The notes under the pieces were generated by a model. It saw nothing but the letters and a program-made list of their open reading frames with translations, ran no database searches and was not told the DNA's origin. 64,000 nucleotides of DNA from Owenia fusiformis (Eukaryota), in contig CAIIXF020000001.1 in NCBI GenBank assembly GCA_903813345.2, positions 35,092,001 to 35,156,000 of the forward strand, written 5' to 3'. Made by a program: the position numbers and the translations under genes. Positions 25,823-39,719 of this stretch are shown here, one piece after another (within the stretch, counting starts at the first letter, position 1; each line of letters begins with the position of its first letter).

Positions 25823-28800
25823 TCAATGCTGTTCTGGAATTGCTCCATGTTGGAGCTCAACTTCTATTGGCTCTGACAAATCACAATGTTTATGAATAAC
25901 TCCTGATTGTGTTATGGGTTCATTGTTTTTTGCTATAGATGCATTGTTTGTTGCTATCGATTCATTGTTTGTTGCTATGGTGCTTTTGTCTGTTGACATT
26001 GGCTGTTTATATTCAGAATGTTTGTGTTCTGGATTTGTAGTGTCATTTGTTTGAGATTTTTCTATATTTTTGGGTTGGCCCCAGTTTGTAAAATATCTCT
26101 CCCTGAAGCTTTTAGTGTAATGGTCCTTCACATATGTTGCTTTGAAATCATCTGACTGCTCCTTGATTAAATAAATAAATAAACATTTAGCTTGTATACT
26201 CATAAATGCAGATGCATATTGCATAAAAGTTTACAATGATCTACAGAATTGAGTGACAAATTACGATGCAATGATTACCAATGAGACTGTTCAGGCTCAA
26301 AAAGTGGAACTGGCAGAGCTTCAATTTTGAATCAGAAATGAAACATTCATATCTTAATAAACATATGTTTAATATAACAAAGTGTCTGGAGTACCTTAAA
26401 ATTTAAGGCTCTTTAGCAAAAATGCTAAAGAGCCTTAAAATTTAAGGCTATTTAGCTGTGAACATAGTGTTTTGGCTAGAGAGCCTTTGTGTTTATAATC
26501 CGTGTTTATATTGTTTTTTATTGAAGTTTTCGTCATCTAAACAATAAAACAACACTCTCGAAAGTTTTTCAACCCAGAATGCCACTTAAAAATTTCACAC
26601 ATGTATATCACTATAGAGTTGCAAAAATTTTATACCAATCATGAAAAGACACTCTGGTATAGTGGTTAGGGTGCTCGCCTTTCAATTCTCCGGCGCGGGT
26701 TCGATTCCCTCGTGGAGCACTTTTTTATTATGAATAACAAGCCGGAAGTTTGTTCTCTGAGGTCCGGCAATTATGTACACAATTTTTTCTAGAATTCTTG
26801 GGCTTGCTCCATCGCTCAATCATCAATGTTTAATGAAATTAATCACTTGTATTGGCTTTGCTATAGTCACAAGCTTAGAGAATACAGGGAACCTCATTTT
26901 AAGATGGCAAAAAGGATGATGAAGACCTGGGGATGAAAATGGATCTTGTTTATTCTAGATACAGCACATCTTGACGCAGTTCATCTTGAATGCTGGGACA
27001 TTAGCCTGGGGACATCACAGGATACACTTCAAAATCTATTGCCTGTACGATTTCAATGCTGTTTATAAGATTTTTCATTTGACAAGATATTTAATTTGCA
27101 AAAACTTCCGCTCAAAAGTCCTTCAATTTTATGTATCATTTCATCAATAAATGTGACTCCCACAGTACCCACACCTTCAATTCTCCGAAGGGCCTATGCA
27201 TCCCGGGGGGTTCACTGTATATAAAACTCGACGGGGGTCCTAGGCTGAAGCCTCAAATATCAATATGTTCCCATACCAATCTGTCAAATTTCAATATGTT
27301 CCCATACCAAGCAAAATAACGCCCAAAGGCCATACCAAATATCCAAATATAGGACCAATGCCATACCAAATGTCCAAATATAGGACCAATGCCATACCAA
27401 ATGCCCAATTATGGGACCAATGCCATACCAAATGTCAAAATATAGGACCAATGCCATACCAAATGTCCAAATATGGGACCAATGCCATACCTTAATTCAA
27501 AGTAAATGAAATATAGGATCAATGTCATACAAATTTGGAACTACTGGACCAATGCCATACCACGAATGTTAGGTAACGTATCTACAACGACCTTTCTCAT
27601 ACCAGAAGAGCAAAAGTCCGACCATTGCCATACCTCAGAAGTCAGAAATTTCCGGGCATTCCCATACCAAATCCTAAAATATTGGTCCATTGCCATACCA
27701 AACGTTGGAAAAGGTACCCCACATGCGCCGAGGATCCCCGTCAAGGTTTATATATAGTGAACCCCCCGGGCTATGCATACATGTATATCTATGAAAAGGA
27801 TCTTGTTTCTTCTAGATACAGCACATCATGACGCAGTTTATCGTGAATGCAGGGACATCAGCCCAGGGACATCACAGAATACACTTCCAAATCTATTGCC
27901 CATTAGATTTCAATGCTGTTTTTTAGAATTTTTCACGTGACAAGATATTTTTGCATAATATTTTGCAAAAACGTCTTCCACTAAGTGAGAATTTAAGCAC
28001 ATGAGAGAGCACAAAGAAAATCAGTACAAGAGGTGAACTGCCGAGGAAACAGCGGCTTATGCAACACAACAGCATTTTTATCCTAGCCTCCAATCCATCA
28101 ATAAATGTCTATACGTCAAAATCTTTACTAAACGGACGTTGTGATTTATAGTGGATAAAATGGTAAAAATAACATTTTTCTGGCTATATACGTGATTGCC
28201 TGGTCGGTCCTCTCTGGTGAACCAGAGACATAAATTTTCGAATACATGAAGGTCCGTTCAAAGTCGATGTTTGAACCTTTAAAAAGCCGAATTTAGACTG
28301 AGGATTGAAAAGGTTCTAAGAACTTTTATTTCTCTCGGTAGACCGGAAGTAAATTTATGAGTCGAGCAAAAAGCGATAATGTTTTTTTATGAAATGGGGA
28401 AGTCAAAACAGCACTAATAGAAGTCAAAGTAAGCATTCGAAGATTATTTAGAACCCTTTAAAATTAAATCGACGGCAAAATCGAATTGCCTGAAATCCTT
28501 ATATTTTCTCTTCATCTTCTTCGCGGACCTCAGAGAAGACACTTCCGGTTTAATAATCAATGATTTTATCGATCAAAACATATTTAGTTTTGAATTTGAC
28601 CAATATCTGCTAATATGGTATGTATGTGCTGATTGTTAAATTACAAAATAGCTGAGACTAATATACTCTTTTATGTTAGTCTCAGAAAATAGGTTGGGTA
28701 TAGAATATGTCCAAGTCGTTTGATCTTGTCCGGCAGAAGCAATATTTCGTCATTTCTGTCGCCTGGAATTCCTTTAAGGCTCTCTAGCAGAATTGGCTAT

Positions 28801-31800
28801 CAAAATGCTAAAGAGCCTTAAAATTTAAGGCTCTTTAGCCCAAATGCTAAAGAACCTTAAAATTTAAGGCTCTTTAGCATTTTGGTAACCCATTTGGCTA
28901 GAGAGCCTTAAATTTTAAGGTTCTCCAGGCGCGGCCTTAATATAAATTAAGGAAGTAATGGGTATTTCAAATTCCACATAGAATTTGGCTGTCCTACATT
29001 TTGAGCCCTACCAGTCCTTTACTCTAAATACCAAGAATGATACATATGTATGATAATAAAGGGCCATTTAGATACCTGGTAGTCTATGACTTTCTCCATT
29101 GTGATAAGACGTCGTCCTATGGTTTCAGTCATTGCTTGCTCACAGTTGGACTGCAGCTTGAAGCATGGATGTTGAGGGACATTATCATCTGAATAACTGT
29201 AAATACAGTTCACAATGAAAGCATGAAGAAATACTTAGCTGGTTTTGTACAAACTGCATTGAATGAGTAAATTTTTATGTGAGTGTACTCATTACTAGTA
29301 TTAAACTTCTTCAAAATCGTTGTAAAATGGTTCTACAAAAGTAAGTTTTACATGTAGCTACTTGTTACATAGTTCTATTTTTGCCCTTTTAGACATTCAT
29401 TTTTCACTTTGTGCGGGACTGCTTTATTATCAAGACAAAAGCATTATAATAAAAATGAAATAAATGTCACTATGAATGATAAAGTACTTGAGCAGGTGTC
29501 ACATATAAACTTTTTAGGAATCATAATTGATCAAAATTTAACCTGGAAAAATCATATAACATCCGTAAACATGAAAATATAAAGAACCATTGGTATATTA
29601 TACAAAGTGAAGCATTTATTAAATGTCAAAAGCTTACTTAGTATATATTATTCTTTGATCTATTCATACCTTATCTATGGAAATATGGTATTGGCCGAAG
29701 CAGGCTGTACATTACTAAATACTCTTCATCTCTCACAGAAAAAATTTGTAAGAATTGCAACAAATAGTGATTTTAGAGCTCACTCTCTACCTCTTTTTCA
29801 TGATTTAAAAATATTGAACGTACTTGAAATAAATAAGCAGCAGAGATATATTTTTATGTTTAAATGGATCAATGATAAGGATAATTACAAACAAATATTT
29901 CCAACTTTTTTCAAAACAGTTGAGAATAGACACAATTACAACACAAGAAATAAGAAATCTTACGACAAGCCAAAACCCCAGAAAACTATGGAAAATCAAT
30001 GCTAGCGTATTCTATACCTGATATTTGGAACCAACTACTCCCGCACATTCAATCCATTAAAAGTATAATTTTCATGAAAAAACAAACCAAGAAATATTTA
30101 TTGCAACTTTAATTCTTTCCTTGGGCAATTTGATGGCACATATTATATTTTTTGTCGAGGGCATGCAACGGCAGATCCCCAAAACTGCATAATGTAACAT
30201 ACTTGTATTACTCACTCCATCTGTGGGAATATACACAAATCTTTGTGTCACCCACTTCATTGTTAACTATTGTATGTATTTTATGAAATAAATTAATAAA
30301 ATAAAAAATAAATAAAAAGTTGATGTGAACAAACCACACATAATGTACTTACTCTGTTCTTATAATGGGTAACCAGTAGACAAGTCTGCCATTTAACACA
30401 AGGTATTTAGCAGCAAAGTTAAGCAAGTCTTTGTATATATCTGACAGTCCATATTGCACCTTAGGAGGGATGTACTTCTCTTTACTAAAATAACAAATTA
30501 TACATAATGTTGCTTCTATCAATACTATACCATGCTAACAAATCATAAACAAGACATTAACTTGACAAATTATAAATGTCATCACCTGGTATATAATGCA
30601 AATGGGACACCAACAGACACCAAACACAAAAAGTTCTAAATATTATTTTTATCTTTAAACTGGTTTTTGCACTCTCCAATTTTTTTTAAAAATACTGTTC
30701 ATTTCGAAATCTCAGTGTTTTTTTTGTGACTCCCTTCTATATCACATGAAAATTTATAACATGAAAAATATTTTTATGGAAAGTTGGAAACAAAAAATCT
30801 TTATAAATCCACTTACTGTTCTTCTGCAACTTCATTTGGAGTTTTCTTCTTCCCAGACTTGACAGCTGCTTCACGTATACCATAAGGAGCTAAAATGTAA
30901 CATTGGATTAATAAATACTATATTATATTTTTTAAAGACTATCCCTGATAATGCATGCATTGCATTAAAGTGAAATGTTATTATCATATTCATTTAAAAT
31001 GAATACAAAAAAGGTATAATTTCACAGTTTGATTATTGATGGAAAATCATGTTGTTGTTGTTGTTGTGAGTTAATAACAATTCATGAACTGCACATACGA
31101 TCTGTAATAATGACATCAAAGAGAGGCTGTTCCCGCCATAGTTGTGTATTAGATGCATCAGCGACCAGCGCATCAAGATACAAGTGACCAAAGCCATACT
31201 GTTTAAGGTTTGCGTGTATGCTCTCATCTTTGGCTCTGACTTTCTGTTTTACTCGGCTTGGTTTAGCTGGAAATACAATTACAACAGGTTCTTTTGCGTG
31301 TAAATGGAACAAGATGGAGGAGAGTGGAGTCTATCAGAGATCCCCAGAATAATTATACTTGTGTAAACCTGTGTATCCCAACACTTATCTTCTTGAAACA
31401 ACTCTCAATGTGAACACCTTTTTCTCTGTCATATTTTCTATAATTCTCCCAATAACTCTTACTTTATATTTTCATATGGTTAAAACTTAGAAATCTCATG
31501 ATATAAAGGTTGAAATGTTATATAGAGGCTAACTACATTGTATATCAGAACTCCAAGTGAAATCGCTAAAATCTTTTGAATTTATACCTTCTCACATGTA
31601 TTTAAGTGTTCAGTGTAGTTTTTACTGTCAATGCACAATACCTTTAGCATGTAGCAATTGAAAGTCAATGTCTGTCCCCATAACATATGCTCCGTTATGT
31701 GCTGCAGCAACTAGCAAGCTACCTGAAACAAAGAAAAAATTGTATATGTCCATGTTGAAGAAGGCAAAGTGATGAATAGCTAGAATAACACATTACAGGG

Positions 31801-34800
31801 AGATGTATTCAAATGAAATGGAAGTATCTTTTATCAAGGGATAATAATAATGCAATAGGCAAACTGGTCACTCATGCATGATGTGTCTATTTCTAGTGGT
31901 GTGAAACACAGAAGTGGAGTTTTCTCCATAACTTGCACCATTATTCATTGATGAAATAAAACACTCACCAGTACCCACAAAGGGGTCGAACACAAACAGA
32001 TTTTCCTTGACAAGTCCTACATTTGCCATAATGAGAGACAATGCTGCATCCATACTTGTGTTACCTGAATATACAAACAATAAATAATGGGTTAGAGTAG
32101 GAGTTTATTAAGCTATCACCGCTCATGAGCATTCAATCACAGCTTATAAAACATGTAAATGAACTAAAATACATGATTTTTGATGCTTCTCAAATGAAAT
32201 AACATTTTGAATTTTGATTTGAAGTTGCTATAATACTGTGAACCTTGGGGTTTTGCCTTTTGCAATTTCTGCATTCACTTTTTGTTCATTGTATTAAATA
32301 CATCCTGGCATTTCACAATGACGTCACCCATTAAATTGAAAGGTCCAACTGAATCTGTTCTGTTGGAAACGTTCTAGGTAACAAATTTGCATTTATAAAG
32401 AAAATCATAAACTACGAAAAATGTGTAGACACATATTTGACTAGGTCGGATGGTGATAGAAAATACTTAATAAACGAAGCAAATCATAAGTGGAAATTTT
32501 ATAAAAAAATTTCATCAACAATTTGACTTTCGCTAGAGGGTCAAGGCCTCACTAAATTAGTGAAGTTTTTGACAGACATCAATATTTTTACCTGACACCT
32601 AACTTGTTTTTTACCAACATTCTGTTTTATAGTCAGTCACTTAGTACCCTTGTTCAACTATCATATCATACCCCATGTTAAACCCTTATACTGTCCCTGG
32701 ACACGTATAACATGAACTTACCTATAAAATGTCTCTTCTGTAAGTGATATTCCCTAATCTTGTCCCTCTGGCCATCAGCAATCTAAGATAATAAATATCA
32801 TGAAATTTAGACATTTTAGGATCTAAATACAAGATGCTGTTTCTAGAAAATATTCTGAATTCCACAAGGTATGATTTAGTTTTCAATTGATACTTGAAAA
32901 ACGTGAATCTTAATATATTTTCAAAAGGCTGTCTCAAGTATCTAATTAATGTACAGTTCACTATTTCCTAAAAAAAAGATGCCAATATAATATCATATTT
33001 ACATATATACAATGTAGAAAGTAAAGTAAAAATTCTCTGACCCATCTTCCAAAGTACAGCTTTGTGGGTTCTGGTGTGGGTGGGGCATTGGCATACCCAT
33101 AATACTCAATCCAATGAAAGCTGTGGTCTGGGTTCTTCAACTTTACCTTGCCTTGGAAGTCCAGAACGTCATATGGCATATTCTAGAAATAAAACAAATG
33201 ATTTATGTAAATATAATTGTATATCTATTGATGTATTTTTCTGTCTCATTGCTTACAAACCCTAGAATATTCACTTGATACATCTAAAATTTGAACCAGG
33301 ATCAACCAACTCGCTACTCAAGCAGATAACAAAATATAATAACTATAAATGATAAAATAAAAGTGCAATTTAGAGATTTTGTCTGGCTCGGCACCCTAAA
33401 ATAACTCCCCAAAAAACTGAACTTACTGTGACCTGTTACATGTATGTACACTTTAAACGGACTAAATGTATTACACAAAACTTCTTCTTTCCTGAACATA
33501 TCAATATAAAGAAGTCCAAGAATGAACAAGAAGTTCAAGAATGATAAATGTTGGTTCAAGTTACAGATCATTATCATTAAAAATAAGGTGTATAAGGATC
33601 AGAGTTTTTGCCCATTTCAATGCTCCTTGACTCTAACCTAGCAATTTAAACGTACCTCTATTCGCTGCAGTTTATCCTCCATGCTGATTGTCTTGTTGAA
33701 CGTCTCAATCTTAAATCTGTAGCTCAAATCTGGACTGAGATATGGGCGCTAAAAACAATTTACTCATTTTGAGAAATATACATGTGAAATGTTGAGTTAT
33801 ATCTTTAATTTGATTCAATAACCCAGATGCCATTAGGTCGTCATCAGTTTCACCAGATTAACCACCAGGTGGCCAATTTGATGACATGGCAGATACAGCA
33901 AAAGTATTATCTGTCCAACACAAGAAATGATATTTCACTTTTTATAACTTGGGGTCTATTATTATATAGGGAATCTTCCCGACCTAGAAGTCACATTTTC
34001 AAAAAAATGTAGATTTCAAATATGATAACACTTTGACTTAATTTTTGAAGATTGAATGACATAAATAAGATTATTTCGACATGAACTTGCATCTGGTCTA
34101 TTGTAATTTGATTGGAATTCTAGACAGTACTTAAATATTATTGATTTCTATGAAAGAAAATGAGAAAATAATCAGAATACATGTACAGTCAGATAAGTGT
34201 ATAATTTTATCATGGGGCCAATAGAAATGTTCTGAAAGACACTTACCAACTGCTCTGTAGGGATGTTTTTGATGTTAGTACACAGCTGGTCCCTATTATT
34301 CCCCTCTGCCCACAGTTCATACATTGACCTAAAACACATGGGGCAGTTCATACATAAATGTAAGCAATTTAAGATTACTGTTGACCACTAGATGCTCAAC
34401 ATCCATCAAAATGAGACTGATCAAGTCATGATTTAGAATCTATAGAAGTTAGTATGTGCAATACCTAGTAAACAAAGGATGTCACTTATGAAAGTCTCGA
34501 GACAAATTTCCTTTGGATATTTTGTTATATTGATGTATCAGAAATGCTCAGACTAGACTTTATAAGCTGAAGATTTCCTGATAAGCCCTTAAGTCATCCA
34601 GTTGAGTGTTTATTTCTTAGAAAATCCATTATACTGACCTTGGGATTATCCCAATAACCCAAGCTTATATGGGACACTAATCTACATTTATTACCTGATT
34701 AGTATAGCCCTCTTCATTATTTTCTTGGCACATGATTCAGATGGGAGGCCAACAATGAGGAAAGGATTCTGGAAATAAGCAATATTTCAATATTATTCTA

Positions 34801-37800
34801 AAACATTAAATTAATTACATTTCAGATTGGCCACTCAAAACATGTCTGAACTTTTATAGATCCCTATTCAAATTAAAAGTTGCTTGCTTTTAAGACACAA
34901 AATTGGTACAAAACTTATGACTTTTTATCTCCTTGTCATGTATTTAATTGCGCTTTTGGGCAAAGTATAATTGTCTTTGCCCATTACAACATTTGATCGA
35001 AAGAAAATTAAAATCTAAATAAATAAATGTCCATGATTGTTGATTTACATGTTTTAAAAACCATTTTAAAGGAAAAATATTCAAAAATTAACCTCTTGAA
35101 TACCCAGAATGACGGATATATCTGTCACAAATAAAATCCATTTGGAACCCAGAGCGACAGATATATCTGACATAGAATTTTTCACTAAAACTGCTCTAAC
35201 TTTGGCATTTTTTATCCAATCTTCACAACTTGTGTTTTAGAATGTATGTAATCAGTCTATGGTTACTATTCTTATGAAATCAAATATCAAACATAGTGTT
35301 TTTAGATCTAAATATCCAGAAAACTAGCAGAAAATGAAAAATGCTCTGGTTTCAAACCCTTTTTAGAGGCTGGTATTCAAGAGGTTAAACAACTATCTAC
35401 AAACTTTTTGTGGCTTGGTTGAAGGGCTATGAAGTTTCGATATTTATTTATTTATTATTTATTTGACAGTCACTTTTATAACAGTGGCAATCAAAGGTGC
35501 ATAAATATTACATATATGTAGTATGCAAACAATACATTTTTTACTAAAATCCGTAGAAGAATATGAGACATTTAAGCTTAGAGTAAAATCATTAAAATAG
35601 GTTAAAATCACGCTGTGTTATGTTTCACATACACCTTTTTCCGAAATCTTTTTTTACAAATATCAAAATTCCAGCCATTGTTGTGCCCCCAAATGCTAAA
35701 CACATCATCCCCAAGAAACCACTTAATTAGTTTCATTTGTGGGGGGAAATTTAGGTACTGAGACACAACAGGAGCATCACATTTACTACTTATATCATGT
35801 ATAAATTCAGTTCTTTGTTTCTGGAAATGAGGACAGAGGAGGAAGTGATGGATGGGATCATCTATAACATTTAAGTAATTTACAATACTGTTACTTATTT
35901 TCCATCTTTTTCTGTCTTCCTCAAGGTTAAAGCAGCCAGTTCTGGCCAGAAACTCAAGTCGCGGGGTGTAAAAGTCTGTATGATTCATGAGGTACTTCTC
36001 TTTATTTGTATTAAATTTCTAAAGAGGTTTAGAGACTTTTTATCATCGATTGCTTCAATAAATTCAGATTTTGTTTGATCATTTGAGATCTTGAGAAATG
36101 AATCATATCAGTCTGCATTGTCAGACGAAATACATCCATCTAGCCCATGGGCAGTAAATATCTTTGATACAGAATCAATATTATGGCCATACTGAGCTTT
36201 TCTTTGCTTTAAAGTCAGAAAACATATCAATATGAACATCACCTAAAATCTTACAACTTTTAGCTCTATTTTTCAAATGAATAAAATAATCTATTTTACG
36301 TTTATCTATAACATTCATAATAGGTCTCCAACCTAGGTCACTGAGTAGAGCGTCTCTAGCTGGTGTACTGCTGGTATGAAAACATTATTATGTAAAACAT
36401 CCCCATACTTGAATCTATTTTCTAAATTTGAGTGTTTATTAAGGGTGCTATAGATATGTATCACCAAAATGATGATGTAATTATGAAGAACACTTCAAGC
36501 GGAGTTTAACATTTTTGTGCAACGAAAATATCAATTTCACTCAATCAACTTATACCTTGGTGACGATGTTTCTTTCAGAAAGTAAAATAAATATAAATTT
36601 ACCTTTTTATCATAACTTTGTTCATCATATTTGAGCTCAGTTCCACACAACTTCACAATAGACTTCAACTCCTGAAAATAACCAAATATGTAGCTATAAA
36701 TTCATTCTGGCTAAACAATGAGTACTTCGTTTTATTGGGTACACATACTAAGCCAGGTATTAAACAAACCCTTGAATTAATCTTGAATGATGTCGTAGTT
36801 ATGAATTTCAAAATAAACAGTCACCATTTTTTATTTTATTTTTTTATTTATAGTTTATTTTATTTTCACAAAAATCAATAATTAATACAATTAAATTTGG
36901 CTAGGCTCAAAGAGCATTATTAGCCAAGTTATGCACCATTTCTTGTTTCAGATTTTGAATGGCGAATTTTGGTCTACTGCATAACAAAAAATTCCAAAAC
37001 ATGTAAGAAATGACTGAGGGTTGTTAAAAATATCAAAGATGCTCTAACAGTGCTGGCTACTGATATGCTTTATCAGCAGTCTCACTACTGCTTTTGGGGA
37101 TTAAACTGAAGCAAATGTAACTAGAAGTTACCCAAAGCATTTAAGCATTTGATACAATGTAGCTGTGTAAGATGGTAAGTTAATGGGGCGAAAACCATGT
37201 TACAGGTATATAATATATATCCCACAATATCACTTAGTTTACAGCATGGAACATTCAGGCACCAGAGGCGTGAGAAGGATTTACTAAGGGGGGGGGGGGG
37301 CGACTTTTCGGTATACATGGGTTGTGCGTGAAGCGCAGGGGGGCCAGGGGGCATGTCCCAAGAAAATTTTCAAATTTAGACCCTCTCTGGTACATTCTTA
37401 ACATATCTCAGCACAACATTCCCATAAAAACAAGAAAAAATATGCATTTTGCACTTATTCTTCAAAGTATTTACATACTGTATGGGTTCCTGAGAAACTA
37501 TACATGGTATAAAATTAAATATAATATGATAAATGAGATCTTCTATGCTTGATGTAGACTAGATATTGACATACAGTAAAACCTGTCTTAGTGAACACCT
37601 CTCTCTAGTGAACACCTGTCTCTAGTGGACACCCTTCCTACGCACATAGTCCACTGACTTCTGTATAAATTACCCTCTCTCTAGTGAACACCTACCTACA
37701 GTGAACGTTTTTTCTTGGCAAAAAAATGTTCACTATACACAAGTTTTACTGTAATATCATTTCTGTCGGGGTTGTGATCGCCCCCAACTGTGGACACCTT

Positions 37801-39527
37801 GGTCCAAATAGGTATGAAATATTTTGATGAAAATGGCGTGACAAAATCACATATATGGTATCCGCATGAAAAGTCTGAACGAAATGCATTTGCTTTTTTC
37901 GGTGTTCGTTTTTTTGCTGTATCGGCAATCACTTTTTTGAAGTTTTTCTAAAGAAATATTTTTGCTTGACAATAATCAGGTAAAATACGTATTTACGTGA
38001 CATATTCTGTCCTTTTGAAGTTTTTCTACAGAATTATTTTTGCTTGACAATAATCAGGTAAAATAAGTGTCTGCGAGACATATTCTGTCATGCAAAAATA
38101 ACTGGAGTGACTTCAAATTTTCCAGCAAATGCGTTACAAATATGCAAATTGGGGGACAGTTGGACGGCCTGAAATGTGCATAATTTTCAATAATACTTAT
38201 CATACTCTTCTAATCTTATCATACATCTTCCATTACAAGCCTTTTTACATCACAAAATCATGGTGTTGGACTGTCGGTAAACACAACAGCAATGATTTTC
38301 AGTATGCATACAACGCGCATGGATTTCGGGACAGCGCGCATCGGTATATTGGTTTTTGGTACAACGCGCATTGGTATATTGGTTTTCTGTATAATGTGCG
38401 TCGATATAATGGGTTTCGGTTTATGCGCGTCAGTATTAGTGTTGTCGCGATGTGCCATAATTATACATCGATGCATCTGCAATTTTCAGTAGTAAACATC
38501 GATGCACATTGCGATGTACATCGAGAAAAAGTCCGAGAAAACTGCACTGAAATACCGAACGCTAATGCACTAAAATACCGAACAGAACAAATTAATAAGA
38601 GTACGCTGGTACATCCGGGAACTTCTAGTAATGGTGAAATGAAAGTAAAGTAATTTTTTTTAGATTAATGGTTCATTTCGACTAGCTAAAACAGTTTTAA
38701 AGCGAAAAAATATCAGAAAACATTGGAAAATGAAATAAGACATGAGAAAGGTAAGTGATTTGCATCAAAATAAGATAACAAAGGGTGATTTTTAGCAAAT
38801 CAATTTTTTTTAAAAACATTGATGTTTTGTTTCAGACATCGATGCATCGCCAGAATCAGCTTTGGCGATGTATATCGCGATGTATCGATTAATCGCGACA
38901 ACACTAGTCAGTATAATGAGGTGATCCTGTGTTGACTCACTGTGAGCCAATCCTTAGTATGTATCCAACAGACTGACTAGAAGTCAGTCTGTTATGACGT
39001 ACTACTTTCCTGTGGAAATTGCAGTGAAATTTTTTGCACAAAATTATCAATTGGAGGAACCATTTCTTCAATAAAATAAACATTACAAAATTACAATTAA
39101 ATAGTAAGGTATAATTAAATGCAATAAAAAGTAACACAGCATATTGTCTAGTGGAAATAAAGCTAGCTGAAGTAGCAAATGTGCAAATTAATTCTACCCA
39201 ATCGGCCATTTTGAATAGCACTTCCTATGTAAACAAATATTTTGAATTACCAATCTTTAACATAGGTGCCTTATAGTCTGAATATAATTCAGACTAAATG
39301 ATAGAATATAGTCTAGGCCAATCCTCCTAAAATTAGGTTTGAATCTGAAAATGATCATCATATACAGAAGTAAAGATCTAATTTGAGATAACACATACTA
39401 GTATGGAGACTATGTAGTCACGATCAATTTTTGTCTATAAACAATTTCTTACCGCTAATCTAAAATCAATATGCTCATTTACAAAGTGTAAAAGATATTT
39501 TCTGCATGTTGACATGGAGGCCGCCAT
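25823..39527 (-). CDS. TRMT11: tRNA (guanine(10)-N2)-methyltransferase TRMT11
   Basis: 14 exons: 39527-39453, 36671-36603, 34768-34695, 34328-34247, 33748-33656, 33182-33042, 32782-32722, 32064-31969, 31722-31642, 31266-31099, 30889-30817, 30484-30353, 29196-29076, 26161-25823. Motifs RHFIGNTSMDAALSLIMAN, FDPFVGTGSLL, NLKQYG, FDVIITDPPYGIRE, GRLVYWLP, RRLITMEK and FRERYF. Confidence 0.95.
26648..26726 (+). pseudogene. tRNA-derived sequence (Glu-TTC-like) with intact A and B boxes; not a foldable tRNA
   Basis: A box TGGTATAGTGG, CTTTCA at the anticodon-loop position, B box GGTTCGATTCC, followed by TTTTTT. Acceptor and anticodon stems do not pair. Confidence 0.65.
27202..27770. mobile_element. 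hAT-type MITE nested in the MULE-like element, with internal tandem repeats of about 31 bp
   Basis: 8-bp TSD CTATGCAT (27194-27201, 27771-27778); TIRs CCCGGGGGGTTCACT(G)TATATAAA / TTTATATATAGTGAACCCCCCGGG; repeats of GCCATACCAAATGTCCAAATATAGGACCAAT. Confidence 0.88.
29420..30318 (+). mobile_element. 5'-truncated non-LTR retrotransposon (CR1/L2-like) ORF2 3' end, decayed
   Basis: Translates to FLGIIIDQNLTWKNHI, IYYSLIYSYLIYG, QKKFVRI, HSLPLFHDLKILNV and HNYNTRN, with an internal stop; ends in an AAATAA-rich tail. Confidence 0.85.
35092..35384. mobile_element. piggyBac-like MITE
   Basis: TTAA|CCTCTTGAATACC ... GGTATTCAAGAGG|TTAA. Confidence 0.85.
35440..36480 (-). mobile_element. Decayed LINE 3' fragment
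   Basis: Minus-strand ORF with a DDPIHHFLLCPHF motif resembling the C-terminal zinc-binding region of LINE ORF2; AATAA-type tail at 35441-35465; broken reading frame upstream. Confidence 0.6.
37573..37751. mobile_element. Tc1/mariner-type MITE (CAGTAAAAC family)
   Basis: TA|CAGTAAAAC ... GTTTTACTG|TA with internal CTAGTGAACACC repeats. Confidence 0.8.
38437..38906. mobile_element. hAT-type MITE
   Basis: TIR TAGTGTTGTCGCGAT / ATCGCGACAACACTA; 8-bp TSD GTCAGTAT on both sides. Confidence 0.9.
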
Positions 39528-39719
39528 CTTTGAAGTGACCTTGACCTTTGGTCTTTCAATTATTTTCATATATATATTATTGAACATTTATAACTCTAAA
39601 ACATATTTATAGATAATGGAGAAACACTCAGGAAATTTTCGTTGGATTCTGTTCAGTGGATTTAAAGTGAATCTTAGTTGAAAAATAGGAAGTGAAAAAG
39701 TAGGTCATGACCTTTCAAG
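39528..39719. promoter_or_regulatory. Bidirectional promoter / 5'UTR region shared by TRMT11 and PSMF1
   Basis: Divergent ATGs at 39527 (-) and 39720 (+), 192 bp apart. Both lie in AAGATGGCG (YY1-like). GGAAGTG (ETS-like) at about 39688; AGGTCATGACCT at 39702-39713; TGACCTTGACCT at about 39536-39547. Confidence 0.75.

Larger units (their letters stand above)
26378..28936. mobile_element. Non-autonomous Mutator-like (MULE) element in the last TRMT11 intron
   Basis: 9-bp direct repeat TTAATATAA at 26369-26377 and 28937-28945. TIRs CTGGAGTACCTTAAAATTTAAGGCTCT / AGAGCCTTAAATTTTAAGGTTCTCCAG are built from palindromic subunits; the outermost 8 nt are mismatched. No transposase ORF. Confidence 0.75.

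Noticed and set aside
26648..26720. Functional tRNA-Glu(TTC) gene
   Set aside because: Acceptor and anticodon stems do not base-pair; only the A and B boxes are intact.
38129..38653. 174-aa ORF as a protein-coding gene
   Set aside because: It runs across short tandem repeats and a hAT MITE within TRMT11 intron 1 and shows no recognisable domain.
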